From Gemmatimonadota bacterium (GTDB lineage Bacteria > Gemmatimonadota > Gemmatimonadetes > Gemmatimonadales > GWC2-71-9), in the NCBI GenBank assembly GCA_003221085.1, contig QHUD01000101.1, positions 1 to 35,119 of the forward strand: a stretch of DNA of 35,119 nucleotides, given 5' to 3'. The notes under the pieces were generated by a model, which made no database searches, was not told the DNA's origin, and saw nothing but the letters and a program-made list of their open reading frames with translations. A program made the translations under genes and the position numbers. Positions 33,982 through 35,119 of the stretch are shown here, piece by piece; position 1 is the stretch's first letter; each line of letters starts with the position of its first letter.

Positions 33982-34911
33982 CTACTGTACCCCCGCGCCG
34001 CGCAGATACTCGCCCGCCACCGTCGCGAACTGGGCGAACGCGATCTCGGGCTCCTCGATCTCCGGGTGCCAGCGCTTTTCCCACTCGAAGTTGTAGTATC
34101 CGCGGTAACCGAGCCTGACGAGCGCCTGGATCTGACGTTGGACGGGGACCTCGCCCCTGCCGGTGAGCACGTAGCGGCGTCCCCCCGCCGTGGCGGAGGA
34201 CGGCACCGAGTCCTTGAGGTGCACGTGCCGGATATAGCGCCCGACCTGCCGCACCGTGTCCTCCGGCGCCTCTTTCCCTGAGACGAAGGTGTGGTGCGCG
34301 TCCCAGAGCAGGGCCACGGCCGGGGAGTCCGCCCGTTGGAGGATCTCGAGCAGCGTGGGCGAGTCCGTGAAATCGCCGTGGGATTCGATCAGGACCGTGA
34401 CGCCCTGGGGCCGGGCGTAATCGCCCAGCTCGCGCAGGCCGCGGGCGATGTGCGCCAGCATCGCGTCGCGCGGCACGCCCTTCACGTAATTGTTGCCAAA
34501 CACGCGTACGTACGGAGCGTGGAGCGCCACGGCCAGGTCGATGAAGCGGCGCGCCTCGTCGAGCTGCGCGGCGCGCTTCGTCGGGTCCTGCTCGTGCATC
34601 TGCGCCGAGGCGCCGAGGTCGGATACCCGCAGCCCGCGCTCGCGGACCTGCTCCTTCGCCGCATCCAGACGTCCTCCCTCGCGCGAGAACTCGGGGGCCT
34701 GGCTCAAGTCCATCGTCTTCTGGAGGCCCCGCAGCTCGACCGCGGCGAAGCCGTGCGATCGCGCAAAATCCAGGATCTCGGTCCACGTCCACGTCGGACA
34801 GCCGAGCGTGGAGAAGCCGAGTGGGAGTAGGTCTCCCGCGGCCGGCAGCCGCGCGTACGGGGCGGCGAGGACGGCGGCGGCAGTCTCAAGGAACTGGCGG
34901 CGGGTCGTCAT
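33982..34911 (-). CDS. xylose isomerase-like TIM-barrel protein (sugar phosphate isomerase/epimerase family) with a Tat signal
   Basis: The N-terminus MTTRRQFLETAAAVLAAPYA has a twin-arginine motif. The AP-endonuclease-2/xylose-isomerase-like barrel pattern is present (GFAAVELR..., VLIESHGDF, LWDAHHT, HVHLKD, YYNFEWE). Confidence 0.8.
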   Translation of the reverse strand: MTTRRQFLETAAAVLAAPYARLPAAGDLLPLGFSTLGCPTWTWTEILDFARSHGFAAVELRGLQKTMDLSQAPEFSREGGRLDAAKEQVRERGLRVSDLGASAQMHEQDPTKRAAQLDEARRFIDLAVALHAPYVRVFGNNYVKGVPRDAMLAHIARGLRELGDYARPQGVTVLIESHGDFTDSPTLLEILQRADSPAVALLWDAHHTFVSGKEAPEDTVRQVGRYIRHVHLKDSVPSSATAGGRRYVLTGRGEVPVQRQIQALVRLGYRGYYNFEWEKRWHPEIEEPEIAFAQFATVAGEYLRGAGVQ

Positions 34912-34926
34912 GGATGAATCGCGATC

Positions 34927-35118
34927 TCAGGGCTGCACAGAGAACGTGTAGATGGTCCGGGAGCGGTACTCTCCCCCGGGACGCAGGATGGTCGATGGAA
35001 ACCCGGGTTTGTTGGGCGAGTCGGGAAAATGCTGCGTCTCCATCGCGAAGCCATAACGGTGGCTGTACACTACACCCTTCTTGCCGCGCAGCGAGCCGTC
35101 CAGGAAGTTGCCTGAGTA
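34927..35118 (-). CDS. galM: aldose 1-epimerase (galactose mutarotase) C-terminal fragment; 5' end beyond the window
   Basis: This ORF is not in the supplied track because it has no start codon in the window. The minus-strand translation YSGNFLDGSLRGKKGVVYSHRYGFAMETQHFPDSPNKPGFPSTILRPGGEYRSRTIYTFSVQP* matches the conserved GalM C-terminus (ETQ.FPDSPN.P.FP...LRPGE.Y). The stop is TGA (plus-strand tca, 34927-34929). Confidence 0.75.
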   Translation of the reverse strand, partial: YSGNFLDGSLRGKKGVVYSHRYGFAMETQHFPDSPNKPGFPSTILRPGGEYRSRTIYTFSVQP

Positions 35119-35119
35119 G

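Overview
The window is a very GC-rich, densely coding chromosomal segment; third codon positions are almost always G/C. It appears to come from a diderm bacterium, because it encodes a porin-like barrel, several lipobox lipoproteins and Tat signals. Many neighbouring genes are translationally coupled through 4-nt ATGA/GTGA start/stop overlaps. I support about 33 protein-coding genes.

Gene content, in order:
- The tail of an NrfD-like membrane protein, a small lipoprotein, an FdhE-like protein and two small orphan genes.
- A sugar-type ABC importer (ATPase plus two permeases), followed by a frameshifted porin-like gene, an Acs-family acyl-CoA synthetase, an AtoE short-chain fatty acid transporter and a Tat-signal solute-binding protein.
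- A minus-strand PEBP (YbhB-like) gene coupled to a JAB/MPN-like gene.
- An OmpR-type two-component system and a YncE-like beta-propeller.
- aguB, aguA and a VOC-fold gene (agmatine to putrescine).
- A family-5 SBP-like lipoprotein, a HAMP histidine kinase and a sigma54 enhancer-binding response regulator.
- A roughly 445-bp structured non-coding region, then a TPR lipoprotein.
- A minus-strand block of DPP-IV-like S9 peptidase, Spinster-like MFS and PlsC-type acyltransferase.
- A hexuronate cluster: uxaB-like, an in-frame eda-kdgK fusion, uxuA and exuT.
- A Tat-signal TIM-barrel isomerase and the 3' end of galM.

I saw no rRNA, tRNA, CRISPR array, transposase, integrase or recognisable defence genes, and no convincing new multi-gene system. 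The most unusual items are:
- An inverted array of a 10-bp GGAGG/CCTCC unit straddling the fdhE stop.
- The truncated-aldolase/kinase fusion.
- The nested palindromes, heptamer stop-codon island and candidate -24/-12 promoter downstream of the sigma54 activator.
- The coupled PEBP and signal-peptide JAB-like pair.
- An MFS-acyltransferase pair that resembles an LplT/Aas-type lysolipid salvage module.

All family assignments come from motif recognition by eye. No database search was run.
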